Positions 26,984 to 36,577 of a stretch of 64,000 bases of DNA are shown here, piece by piece. Numbering within the stretch: the stretch's first letter is position 1; every line of letters begins with the position of its first letter. The stretch comes from Candidatus Gottesmanbacteria bacterium (GTDB lineage: Bacteria > Patescibacteriota > Microgenomatia > UBA10105 > UBA927). Under the pieces are notes generated by a model. It ran no database searches. It saw nothing but the letters and a program-made list of their open reading frames with translations, and had not been told where the DNA came from. The stretch is from the NCBI GenBank assembly GCA_963714095.1, contig OY970230.1, forward strand, positions 198,206-262,205, written 5' to 3'. A program made the translations under genes and the position numbers.

Positions 26984-28672
26984 TTATTTCCGGCGTTTCA
27001 GTATAAGTATTACTGCTGAACTGACGAGCGTAATACTACTGATTCCGACACCTATATTTGCCAGTATTTGTTGTCTGGCGACGATCGGAGGAATTGTACT
27101 AATCATAGTAAACTGAGTATTTTTAAAAACCGCTACACCGGTAAAATCAGTGTCCTCAATAAGTGTCGTATTTTTAAGAGCATCTATTAGGAGGCTGCGT
27201 TCGTCGGGATTAAAACGGTAATCCGTAAGGAAAAACTGCTTCGTGAGATCAGTCGGCACGATCACATATCCGACTCCTGAATCTGCCAGACTCTTCATAA
27301 ATTCAGGCGTTTTAATCATGGCGATAACGGCAGATATTGAAGCGCCATTAAACAGTTCATTGGATGTCAGCAATGGGTGAACCTCTGACGTATATGCAAA
27401 CGGGTCGTTTTGAGGTATCCATAACGTGCGCGATGGTTTTGCATCCCCGACCAGTACATCTTTCAGGCGGACGTAATCGGCGGAAATTCGCGGTGGCAGG
27501 AAATTGCCCCGCATTTGGCCTAAAAAAACCGGCCGGATGGTAAAACACCAATACAACAGAAAGATGGTCCATATAAGTATTTCATTTATATGAATTTTTT
27601 CCGTGAGCCGCTGAAGTGTATACGGGATTAAAACGGAATATCCAAGAGCAGTAAAAACATATACTTTCGTGGGATCGCGGAACATGACAAATCCGGGTAT
27701 ATGGATAAACATCCACTGAAAAATTTCTCCGAACGGATCATTGACGCCTTTTGCAAGAAACACACCCAGAAGCGCGAGCACACCGAAAAAAAATATTTTT
27801 CTTGACCGATCCGCGGCTTTTTTTTCAACGAACAAAAACGCGCAAAATGCCAGGAGAGGCAAAATGAGAAATTCCGGCTGCAGGAAATAGACTTTTCCGA
27901 ATAAATTTTCCGGCCAATTCGGATGAAGAAGTGAAAGCGCATGGGAAAAATCCGCAGAGCTTAAAAATTTGAGCATGCCGGGACTCGTAAATTGATCTCC
28001 GAGTGATTGTATCCCACCTCCGCCAAACACCGTCGGCAAAATCCAAAAAGCGTGCGAACAAAGTCCGATGATGCCGGGGACAATAAACGTCGAAATAATT
28101 ATCGTGCCGATATATTTACTTCCGTACAGATACCAATGGAGAAAAAAATATAAACCTATAGCGATAACTGCAAGATATGCCAATCGTATATCGAGTACTA
28201 TTAACAACGCAAAATATAAACCGTTTCCAATAGACGTTCGTATATTCTGTTGTACGGGGGTATCAATACCCTCCGTAAACTTCAGAAACACCAAGGGCAG
28301 AAATGCAAATGCCCAGGCAACACCCAACTGACCTCCGCTGAAAAGAAGGAGAAAATATGTATTTGTGGTATAAATTACGGAACCCAACACGGCAAACAAG
28401 GGTCTATTAACACATCTTCTGACCAGCCGATATGATGAATACACTGCCAGAACAAAAGCGATGATCCAAAATAGTTTGTCTATGAAAAACCATGAAAATC
28501 CGAGCAGTGATAGTATTTTCAACACGAAACGGTACGGATATTCAAGCCACAAACGGGGCAACAGACTTTGCCCGAAACCTTTTGTCGTATCCCAAACGGG
28601 CGGCAACCATGAAAACTGCCGGATTTGTTCTTCAAACAAAAACGGCGCATCACCGGAAGCAAAAAATATCAT
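26984..28672 (-). CDS. polytopic membrane protein with C-terminal ectodomain and terminal TM anchor (AftD/YfhO-like layout)
   Basis: I moved the start to the ATG at 28672, which forms an ATGA overlap with the stop of 28669..31629. N-terminal loop SWLPPVWDTTKGFGQS. It ends in a hydrophobic anchor, GVGISSITLVSSAVILILKRRK. Confidence 0.5.
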   Translation of the reverse strand: MIFFASGDAPFLFEEQIRQFSWLPPVWDTTKGFGQSLLPRLWLEYPYRFVLKILSLLGFSWFFIDKLFWIIAFVLAVYSSYRLVRRCVNRPLFAVLGSVIYTTNTYFLLLFSGGQLGVAWAFAFLPLVFLKFTEGIDTPVQQNIRTSIGNGLYFALLIVLDIRLAYLAVIAIGLYFFLHWYLYGSKYIGTIIISTFIVPGIIGLCSHAFWILPTVFGGGGIQSLGDQFTSPGMLKFLSSADFSHALSLLHPNWPENLFGKVYFLQPEFLILPLLAFCAFLFVEKKAADRSRKIFFFGVLALLGVFLAKGVNDPFGEIFQWMFIHIPGFVMFRDPTKVYVFTALGYSVLIPYTLQRLTEKIHINEILIWTIFLLYWCFTIRPVFLGQMRGNFLPPRISADYVRLKDVLVGDAKPSRTLWIPQNDPFAYTSEVHPLLTSNELFNGASISAVIAMIKTPEFMKSLADSGVGYVIVPTDLTKQFFLTDYRFNPDERSLLIDALKNTTLIEDTDFTGVAVFKNTQFTMISTIPPIVARQQILANIGVGISSITLVSSAVILILKRRK

Positions 28673-31629
28673 ACGCGATGAATCCTTTGTTGATCTTTTC
28701 GCACTGTCAGAATAATAGCAACGCAAACGAAACCCGCAATGGTTATCACGGCCCCGATATAAAATATGCTCTGCGGTTGATAATAGATGGTTGCATCATA
28801 TGTTCCCTTTGTATCTATAATCCAACCGTTGGCAAAACCGTTTGTCAGGACATGCCGGCTTTCCTGTAAGGTCTCCCCGTTGATTTTTATCTTCCACCGC
28901 GCGTCGAAGCCGGCGTTGTAGAGTAACAAAAATGCTTTTTGGGCATTATTGATGTGCACTGTGACATTTGTAGGATTCTTTTGAATAAATGTAACAGCCG
29001 GCGAAGAGATGTTTATGGATTCATGATTCCGGTGGGCATAAACGGCGGGTTGCTGCCTGGGAACATTATCGGCCGCAGCAGTAAGTTCAACTGTGTGAAA
29101 GCCTGCGGTCAAATAGACATTTTTTGGATTGGTAACTAATGATCCGTCTAATTTGAGAGTCTGGGAGGAGACATCATAAACGAGCAGCTGGTAATTGGCA
29201 TCAGTATCCACGGTCAACCCATACCGGTATTCCTGTTGTCCGTCTCCCATCCAAACCAAAGGTTGTACGCGGACAATCATTGTCTGGAAATACGACTCAA
29301 ATTCCGGATCCTTCCCTAATTCTCTTTGCTGGGCCAGAAAATAAGCCAAAATACGGTTTGCATAGACCGTTTTATCGCGTCCGGAAAGATTGTCCATAAT
29401 CTTCACAGCATCGTTCATCGCCAATTCGTACCGCGCTTGTGCCGATTGTAACCGGGCAATATTATTTTCCGTGCGGAATTCCATATACTCTCCCAGTCTG
29501 GTCTGTGCGTGGGCAATAAGTACGTCGATCTTTGCAGAGCCGGTCTTCGCGTTATTATTTTCACGCTCTTCTTTCCATGTTATGTATGGATATGCCACGG
29601 AACCGGGGAGTATGCGCGGCCGGAGTATCGTGATTCCTGATACATATTTATTCCATTCTGCCGTTTTGCAAAAATAACATTCACCACCGTACACAATAGA
29701 TGTAGCCAGGGAAGTAGCCGGACCCGCTCCCGTTCCATCCCCGATTTCGACGACCGGCACCGCAGGTTCAACTCCTACGATATCCGAACCGCTCGCGGAT
29801 AAATCCCCCTGAAAATCTGTCACCGCACCTGCGGCTTGGACAATCGGAGGTGCGGATCCCGGCAAATCCCATAACTGCCACTCCCCTTTGTCAAACGTTT
29901 TCGTTAAACCGAAAGCGGTAGCAATAGGCACAAAATCAGGGGCAGGTTGAGGCTTGGAAAACTGAACATCGCGCCGGACCAAAATAGAACGGACTCGAAG
30001 TATGGATGCCAGATTGAAAAATGAACGCCTATCATGACTATCCAGTGCCTCATACATACGGTTCACCAGCTCGCCACCTGTACCGGTGGCGTCATTGGCA
30101 ATAATCGGAACGGTCGAGATTAATCTCGGAAGCACGTCGAGACTGTAAAACCCCCACCGATACGTATCAATCGGCTGATTAATAAACCCCGCGTCAAGCG
30201 GCGGATAGATGAGGATATTCCCTGAATACGGGTCTGCGCTATTCATAACTTTTGCCGTGTCTGTTACATAAGGCGGAACCGAGACGCGCGTGGTAAAATC
30301 TTTGGAGAATTGAAATATGTCCGATACAAAAAACGGATAGTGATACACGAATAAACCCGTAATGAAACCCGCGGCAATAAGAGCCTGCACCAGTCTTCCT
30401 TTTATGGATTGCAGAACGGAGTTCAGCATAAAACCGGAAAGAATAATCATCGGAATCCACACTAACGGCGCAAATTTATAAAAGCTTGAACGGAAAATTG
30501 CAAATCCCGGCACGTGACGCATCGCCCAAATAAATGCCACACCGAACGGGGGATGCGATCCAGCGGCCAGTACCAACCCTATGAGCAAAAGTATGTAGAG
30601 ACATACAAGGAACCAGATCTGACGGATATTTTTTCTTTTCCATAACAGGAATATTGAACCGACAAAAACGATAATTGCAGGAATAAAACTTGCAATAATC
30701 AAAAGATGGTTGGTAAGAAATTGATGCGCAAACGGATTATAGACATTGTCATACCAATCGGGGATTCCCTGTAAACGCAGAAGATTTATAATGCTCGCAT
30801 TTTTGCTGATCACACCTTCCCATGCAATGAGCCCCTCAATTCCCCCATAAGCTCCTACCGTCTGACTGTATGTTCCGAGATATAGACTGAGCTGCGGTAA
30901 AACCCAATAGGCATTGACAGTCAAAAACGAAACGGACATGCCGCACGCGATGAAACATAACCGCTTCAGCACCCCCCGTCCGTCTTTGCGGATTGCAATG
31001 ATAGAAAAAATAATAAATGAACATACCAGCCCGACAAGCGTTGCCCCATACAACGGCGGAGACCCTCCCCCGTTCAGAATAAAATAGAGAAGCCCGAAGG
31101 CAATTGCATGCCTGACAATATTCTTCTTACGGATAATTGTCCGGTACAGAAGAGCAACTGCTATAGGGAGCGCGGCAAACAGTGAAAATTCTGCCCGCTC
31201 CGCAATAAACCACCCCTGTAAAATATAAAAATTGTACATCGCAAATGCCGATGACCACAGACGTAAAAATCTGTATTGCTTCTGCGGAAATACGAGATAT
31301 ATACCTAGCCACATGCCGAAACCGATAAGAAAAAACCACAATACGAGAGCGATTCGTTGACCCCAAAGGATCGATCCTGTAAGTACTGAAAATAGCGTTT
31401 CCGGAAACTGCGTCACAAGAAATGCCTTGTATAACGCCCAATCTATCCCGAAGTTCACAATCGGATTCCACGAATAAAACAAATTTTTTAGATTTACCAC
31501 TGGCATCAGCCGGAATCCACTATCATGCCCGAGAAGCATCTGACTACCACTCAACCAATGAAGAGGTAAAAGAGATGTAATGAATATAAACAGGAGTTCA
31601 ATAAAATATGCACGTCGAATATATTTCAT
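28669..31629 (-). CDS. very large polytopic membrane protein with ~450-aa C-terminal ectodomain and terminal TM anchor (AftD/DUF3367-like layout)
   Basis: 986 aa. N-terminal loop LLGHDSGFRLMPVVNLKNLFYSWNPIVNFG, then more than 12 TM segments, then a beta-rich ectodomain ending ...HVLTNGFANGWIIDTKGTYDATIYYQP followed by IGAVITIAGFVCVAIIL. Confidence 0.5.
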   Translation of the reverse strand: MKYIRRAYFIELLFIFITSLLPLHWLSGSQMLLGHDSGFRLMPVVNLKNLFYSWNPIVNFGIDWALYKAFLVTQFPETLFSVLTGSILWGQRIALVLWFFLIGFGMWLGIYLVFPQKQYRFLRLWSSAFAMYNFYILQGWFIAERAEFSLFAALPIAVALLYRTIIRKKNIVRHAIAFGLLYFILNGGGSPPLYGATLVGLVCSFIIFSIIAIRKDGRGVLKRLCFIACGMSVSFLTVNAYWVLPQLSLYLGTYSQTVGAYGGIEGLIAWEGVISKNASIINLLRLQGIPDWYDNVYNPFAHQFLTNHLLIIASFIPAIIVFVGSIFLLWKRKNIRQIWFLVCLYILLLIGLVLAAGSHPPFGVAFIWAMRHVPGFAIFRSSFYKFAPLVWIPMIILSGFMLNSVLQSIKGRLVQALIAAGFITGLFVYHYPFFVSDIFQFSKDFTTRVSVPPYVTDTAKVMNSADPYSGNILIYPPLDAGFINQPIDTYRWGFYSLDVLPRLISTVPIIANDATGTGGELVNRMYEALDSHDRRSFFNLASILRVRSILVRRDVQFSKPQPAPDFVPIATAFGLTKTFDKGEWQLWDLPGSAPPIVQAAGAVTDFQGDLSASGSDIVGVEPAVPVVEIGDGTGAGPATSLATSIVYGGECYFCKTAEWNKYVSGITILRPRILPGSVAYPYITWKEERENNNAKTGSAKIDVLIAHAQTRLGEYMEFRTENNIARLQSAQARYELAMNDAVKIMDNLSGRDKTVYANRILAYFLAQQRELGKDPEFESYFQTMIVRVQPLVWMGDGQQEYRYGLTVDTDANYQLLVYDVSSQTLKLDGSLVTNPKNVYLTAGFHTVELTAAADNVPRQQPAVYAHRNHESINISSPAVTFIQKNPTNVTVHINNAQKAFLLLYNAGFDARWKIKINGETLQESRHVLTNGFANGWIIDTKGTYDATIYYQPQSIFYIGAVITIAGFVCVAIILTVRKDQQRIHRV

Positions 31630-33266
31630 ATCTTTTCTCGTTTCTTAAAAATTTCAATAGTTGATCCATCGATGGGAACGAAAACGTCACGAAAACGATC
31701 GTATCCCAACGATTCTATCACTGTGGCATTAACGCCCCCAGGTACTTTATCCAACACATAATCGGCCTGATGTAACTCCAACTTTTTGGGCAATACGGCA
31801 TCTTTCGGCACTTCTGTGTCCATAACCATTATATCTCGCTGCTCGTACGTCAGAATGGACAGGAACGCATTATCAAGCGGCTCAAAGGCAAACAGCTTAA
31901 CAACGTCTGGCTTTCCGGGCCCTTTCCAATCATTACGAATTGTTGACACCATCACATCCGCATTAACAAATTCTTTATTCGGCGGCCACACTATGGGCGT
32001 CAGATATATACGGCGCGGATGATGAATAAATTCCGGGAGAACAATATCCTTTAAACCCTGTTTCCCCATCGGACCAATTGCCCAAAACGCACCGAAATAA
32101 CTGCAAACGGCAACCACCACGAAACAAACCGTGAAAAATCTTCTGACCGCCGAATGTTGGATGCCCGCAAGGGGTAATACGGCCAAAAAAGCCATATAGG
32201 GATACAAAGGCACGATGAACCGGTCTTCCTTCCACACCGCCATACCAGTAAAAAACAGATACGGCACCGCGACACCCAGAAGGGGCACCCCATATCGTTT
32301 CCATTTCCATAGTGCAATAAGCACACCGACCGCAAACGGAATAAAAATCCAAACCGTATTCTGGGACATAATGTTGAAATAATACATGACGGATCTTGTT
32401 GATAACGTATTTGCCATATCGGGGCTGCGGTATTGTGCCACCCACTCTGCTCCGTACGTCTGGTTGTTCTTAACGTATACGTCAAAAAAAATGTGGGCGT
32501 TGGGAATGTAATATGCAAAAATCGGTACAACTACTCCGATAATCAAAAATAAGACAATGTTAACGATAATGTTCTTTCTGACTTTCTTTTCCCTCACAGC
32601 CTGCCCGACAGACATAATAAATACCGCCAGCGCCGGCCCCAACACAAATACCGGTCCAACCCAACGCGTCAGTGATGCCAGTGCCAGAAAAACTGCCGCA
32701 ACGAGAGTTTCTTTTGTTTTTACGAAACTATTTGTTTTGAGAAGAAATACGACCGACCATATACAGAACGTGCTCACCGCTGTTTCCGTATATGTAAAAT
32801 GTGAATAAAACAATACGTTTCCTAAACTTGCAAATACTATTGCGACAAGAAGTGATTTTTTTTGAGTAAAATACGTTCTGGCTATTACATACGTCCCGAT
32901 AATCGCCGCAAGGTAAAAAAGTCCGTTCAGAAGCAATGCCATCTTGTACGTATACGCTGTTCCGAAAATCAGTAATAATAGTGCTATAACAATACTGAAT
33001 ACCGGCTGCCGGTATCCGCTCGCCGCAAGAATACTCCCCCACGAAACTGACAATGGATGACGGAATTGATCATACAAATTCACTGCCAGAGAAAGATATT
33101 GATGTTCGTCCCATTGGGGATATTGATGAGATCTATAGATATAAAAAGCAAATGAAAGATAAACAAAAACAAGAAGACTTATACTTATCAGACTAAAAAG
33201 TTTATGGTGCGATTGAAGCTGACCCTTGTTGTTTTTTTGTAGCTCTCTTTCATAAAATAACCTCAT
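31626..33266 (-). CDS. GT-C fold glycosyltransferase, PMT_2/ArnT-like
   Basis: First-loop motif YPQWDEHQYLSLAVNLYDQF, more than 11 TM segments and a soluble C-terminal ~130 aa. I chose the start at the ATG at 33266 (MRLFYERELQ) because the listed start 33356 leaves only 25 nt to the divergent gene. Confidence 0.68.
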   Translation of the reverse strand: MRLFYERELQKNNKGQLQSHHKLFSLISISLLVFVYLSFAFYIYRSHQYPQWDEHQYLSLAVNLYDQFRHPLSVSWGSILAASGYRQPVFSIVIALLLLIFGTAYTYKMALLLNGLFYLAAIIGTYVIARTYFTQKKSLLVAIVFASLGNVLFYSHFTYTETAVSTFCIWSVVFLLKTNSFVKTKETLVAAVFLALASLTRWVGPVFVLGPALAVFIMSVGQAVREKKVRKNIIVNIVLFLIIGVVVPIFAYYIPNAHIFFDVYVKNNQTYGAEWVAQYRSPDMANTLSTRSVMYYFNIMSQNTVWIFIPFAVGVLIALWKWKRYGVPLLGVAVPYLFFTGMAVWKEDRFIVPLYPYMAFLAVLPLAGIQHSAVRRFFTVCFVVVAVCSYFGAFWAIGPMGKQGLKDIVLPEFIHHPRRIYLTPIVWPPNKEFVNADVMVSTIRNDWKGPGKPDVVKLFAFEPLDNAFLSILTYEQRDIMVMDTEVPKDAVLPKKLELHQADYVLDKVPGGVNATVIESLGYDRFRDVFVPIDGSTIEIFKKREKI

Positions 33267-33381
33267 ATTGTTTCGTTGGTTCGTATGCAATACTATGTAC
33301 CTATTATATCCTGACTTTACCGAAAATCTTGATAATAAATAATAACACAGTTGCAAAAATTTAACTAAACCGCAAAGCCTT
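33267..33381. promoter_or_regulatory. probable divergent promoter region
   Basis: First strand switch in the locus. It lies between the likely start of the minus-strand GT-C gene and the plus-strand acyltransferase gene. No consensus boxes confidently identified. Confidence 0.25.
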
Positions 33382-34593
33382 ATGAACCGACAACCCTCTC
33401 CCCATTATGCATTTTTAGACGGCCTCAAAGGAATTGCTATTGTCATGATTGTCGCGTTTCACCTACAATTTATATATTCAGGATTTTCCGATTATTTAAG
33501 CAAGCTCCTAGCGTTTAGCGGTGTATGGGTAAATATGTTTTTCGTAATTTCCGCGTTTACCCTCACGGCGAGCGTCTATAATCAGCGTTTATTTAATTTT
33601 TTCCGGTATTTCTATAAACGTTTTCTTCGGATAACACCAGCATATTACGTAATGCTTGTTATTGCGTTTATCGTTATGCCAACTATGGTCAGAACATTTC
33701 TGTGGGGAAATAATATCCAGAATCTATTTCAACACATTCTCTTCATTAACACAGCCCCGTTTAATCATACCAATCAAGTTTCAATTCTGGGAGTGGAATG
33801 GTATATACCGGTACAATTTTGGCTCTATCTTGTCATACCATTTATCGTAATCACCCTTAGGGGAAATGGTATTATATTTTCGGCGCTTTTATTGGTATCG
33901 TTGTTTCTTCATTCAGATAAAAACGCACTCTTCCATTATCAGAATTTTTTTGATTTCGCCTCAAGTATACAGAACTTTCTCTGGGTCTATGTATTTGCTA
34001 TCGGTGCTCAAATGGTGCGTATGAATAAAAAAATTCATCTGTCGTTCTCATCCATTATCACAGGACTGGGAATTCTGGCAGGCTCTGTTTATTTTATTCT
34101 CACTATCCAAACTAAAAGTGAACGGTTCTATATAACTGCATTGATCGTCATGTTATATCAGATCCTCTTGAAAACACGCATTATCCGCCGCGTATCAACA
34201 ACCCATTCCTCGTTGGTACCGATACTCGAACATATTGACGTTCTTATATTATTTATTTTGTTTTATAAATATATCCTGAATTGGTACTTTGTAAAAAACC
34301 CTCATGAATTTATGGCATTCTGGTCAATTGCGCTGGTTATTGCGTCATATGCCCGCCCATGGTTCCTCCAGAAGTTATTGGAAAATCGTGCTGTTGTACT
34401 GCTGGGGAAATATAGTTATGAGATCTATCTCACGCATTTTTTCGTTATTACGGCGGTAGGTTATATTATTCCAAAACAAGGGCCATACATCCGCACGCTC
34501 TACATTCTTCCCATCATCGCCATTCTCTCGTATCTTTTACGCCAATTTGTTTCCAAACCTGCGCTGGATTTATATCCACTCAAAAATCAATAA
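33382..34593 (+). CDS. acyltransferase family 3 membrane protein (OafA/WecH-like O-acyltransferase)
   Basis: FLDGLKGIAIVMIVAFHL opening (conserved His), about 10 TM segments, C-terminal LGKYSYEIYLTHFFV motif. Confidence 0.85.
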   Translation: MNRQPSPHYAFLDGLKGIAIVMIVAFHLQFIYSGFSDYLSKLLAFSGVWVNMFFVISAFTLTASVYNQRLFNFFRYFYKRFLRITPAYYVMLVIAFIVMPTMVRTFLWGNNIQNLFQHILFINTAPFNHTNQVSILGVEWYIPVQFWLYLVIPFIVITLRGNGIIFSALLLVSLFLHSDKNALFHYQNFFDFASSIQNFLWVYVFAIGAQMVRMNKKIHLSFSSIITGLGILAGSVYFILTIQTKSERFYITALIVMLYQILLKTRIIRRVSTTHSSLVPILEHIDVLILFILFYKYILNWYFVKNPHEFMAFWSIALVIASYARPWFLQKLLENRAVVLLGKYSYEIYLTHFFVITAVGYIIPKQGPYIRTLYILPIIAILSYLLRQFVSKPALDLYPLKNQ

Positions 34594-35612
34594 CTTATGT
34601 ATCGTTTCATTACCCTATGATAACCATAACGTACTTCAGAGTATCCGTACGCCATGAGCGTCATGAAACATGCAATAGGATGCAGGAACCATGCGCCTTC
34701 ATGAACCGCAATGTAGCCTCGGATACTCAACGAAAGCGGTTCAATAAATGTCAGTGAATAGATAATAAACAGTAATAAATTTTTCCGGTCTGTGGCAGAA
34801 TGAGGATCGTAGACCAAATAATGACGCTTGGATTTTAACGGATCATAATATCGCCCCTTATACTCAACACGGCGTTTAAGAAATGAGACAATACTCGATC
34901 CTGTATAATGAATTATCGAATTATTAACAGCAGCAAATTCGGTATATCCCTTCTCAACAAGCATCGCAAATGCGTCGGTATGGAGGAAGGTATCAGGATT
35001 CAGATTGACCTTCATTATCAGATCTCTCCGGAACATATGTCCGTTATCACCAAGAGTGGGTAACGTATCCTTTGTATAAGATAAAATTGTATACCCATGT
35101 GTTCGCTTTCGTTCAATTCCTTTATGATATTCCGATTCAAACCGCGGAAGCTTATCGGATTTATCAAGATAGTAAAGAAGAGGGTCATTAATACCGAATA
35201 ACGCACAATATTTTGTAAAGGCGGGCATTGATGCCTCGTACGTATTATATTTACTGAACGCGCAAACGACGTTCCTGTTTTGAACAAACGGTTGAACCAT
35301 CTGTTGTAACCAATTTTTGCTGGGGAGAATATTATCCGGTTCAAGAATCAAAATAAGTTCTCCCCTGGCAAGTTGAATCCCCAGAGATATCCGTACCTGT
35401 GCCTTTTCTAATAAATCTTTTCGTACAACGACGCGTGTATTATATTGTTTAATAAAATCAAGCGTCTCTTTGGGTGAACCGGCGTCCATAACGATATGTT
35501 CGATTTTTGAACAGGGATAATCCTGATTACGAATTGCTGTAAGCATCTTTCTCCATAGAAAAATTGGTGTATTATATGATCCAGTAATAATAGTTATAGA
35601 CGGATGAACCAT
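34587..35612 (-). CDS. glycosyltransferase family 2
   Basis: ITIITGSYNTPIFL...NQDYP...HIVMDAGS...LILEPDN gives a GT-A layout. The 3' end converges on and overlaps 33382..34593 by 7 nt. Confidence 0.8.
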   Translation of the reverse strand: MVHPSITIITGSYNTPIFLWRKMLTAIRNQDYPCSKIEHIVMDAGSPKETLDFIKQYNTRVVVRKDLLEKAQVRISLGIQLARGELILILEPDNILPSKNWLQQMVQPFVQNRNVVCAFSKYNTYEASMPAFTKYCALFGINDPLLYYLDKSDKLPRFESEYHKGIERKRTHGYTILSYTKDTLPTLGDNGHMFRRDLIMKVNLNPDTFLHTDAFAMLVEKGYTEFAAVNNSIIHYTGSSIVSFLKRRVEYKGRYYDPLKSKRHYLVYDPHSATDRKNLLLFIIYSLTFIEPLSLSIRGYIAVHEGAWFLHPIACFMTLMAYGYSEVRYGYHRVMKRYISY

Positions 35613-35768
35613 AATAAAATTATAAATTCTCTTTTTTATGATCCTCGTAGCGTTGAGAATAATATTTCGCTATTATCGAACATATTTTAAAAATGAATGT
35701 ACGATATCTAAATAATTTGGTTATTTACAATAATATTAACTTCATCTCTGATATTTGTAGGGAAAATA
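35613..35768. promoter_or_regulatory. AT-rich intergenic gap, possible internal promoter
   Basis: 156-nt non-coding, very AT-rich spacer in a locus where most genes abut or overlap. No motif confidently assigned. Confidence 0.2.
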
Positions 35769-36455
35769 TTATTTAATTCGTCGAATAAATTTAGCAGGAA
35801 TACCGGAAACAATTGTATAGCTTTGTACATCTTTTGTAACCACCGATCCGGCACCAATAATAGCACCTTTACCTATGGTTACCCCACACAAAATAGCCAC
35901 TCCCGTTCCAATCCACACATCTTCACCAATATGTACTCCGCCGGTACTACCTGTTTGAAACCGTTTAGGAATTTTTGTATTTTTATAACCATGGTCCAAT
36001 GTATACACTCGTACGTGATCCGAAATCATCGTATTATCTCCGATTTCAATAAGCCCCCCTAACCCATCAATAAAACTACCGATGGAAAGCGAAAAGTTTT
36101 TCCCAATTCGCACTCCGTCCGGTCCCGACCATATAGCGGCCCTGTCATAAATCATACTATTATCACCTATTGATATTTTTCCTGAAGCGAAAAGTGTTAC
36201 ATAATCCTTAATCCAGATGTTACGGCCAAGATGAATTTTTGAACCTCGAATAAATTTACACCCACGTCCGATCAGAATTAACCCATTGGAAGAAATTTGA
36301 ATTTTGGAAAATAAACCTCGTAAAATACACAAAAATAATCCTGAACCGGAGGAGAATATATGAGAAATCAAGTCATCAACTAAGGCATGAACCAATTCAT
36401 CGTTGTTCGATACATGATAATACTGCCGTAACAAACTTATTCTTCTTGATTTCAT
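35769..36455 (-). CDS. hexapeptide-repeat (left-handed beta-helix) acetyltransferase
   Basis: [57 protein letters not shown] repeats. Confidence 0.85.
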   Translation of the reverse strand: MKSRRISLLRQYYHVSNNDELVHALVDDLISHIFSSGSGLFLCILRGLFSKIQISSNGLILIGRGCKFIRGSKIHLGRNIWIKDYVTLFASGKISIGDNSMIYDRAAIWSGPDGVRIGKNFSLSIGSFIDGLGGLIEIGDNTMISDHVRVYTLDHGYKNTKIPKRFQTGSTGGVHIGEDVWIGTGVAILCGVTIGKGAIIGAGSVVTKDVQSYTIVSGIPAKFIRRIK

Positions 36456-36577
36456 AGTTAAAATAGAATATTACGCAATCACCTTGATCACTTGAATATA
36501 AAATCACCTAATTTTAATTTCGTTTTATTCCAATATCTATCGTAATAGTTTTGCATATATGACAGCTATGATAAGAT
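36456..36577. promoter_or_regulatory. divergent promoter region with short direct repeats
   Basis: Lies between divergently transcribed 35769..36455 (-) and 36578..37765 (+). AATCACCT occurs at 36477-36484 and 36502-36509, with a variant GATCACTT at 36486-36493. Confidence 0.3.

Noticed and set aside
27786-27825. A8/T8 homopolymer tracts in several genes (for example 27786-27793, 27818-27825, 55323-55330, 60043-60050) as phase-variation sites.
   Set aside because: Tracts of eight A or T are expected by chance in AT-rich coding sequence with many Lys and Phe codons. Only the A9 tract was kept, as a low-interest note.
31975-32530. Same-strand alternative-frame ORFs nested in the GT-C gene (31975..32445, 32051..32530). 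Similar nested ORFs occur elsewhere (for example 13210..13578, 41297..41638, 53496..53795).
   Set aside because: They are out of frame with a long, coherent membrane-protein ORF. Their compositions are Cys/Arg/Gly-rich and not protein-like.
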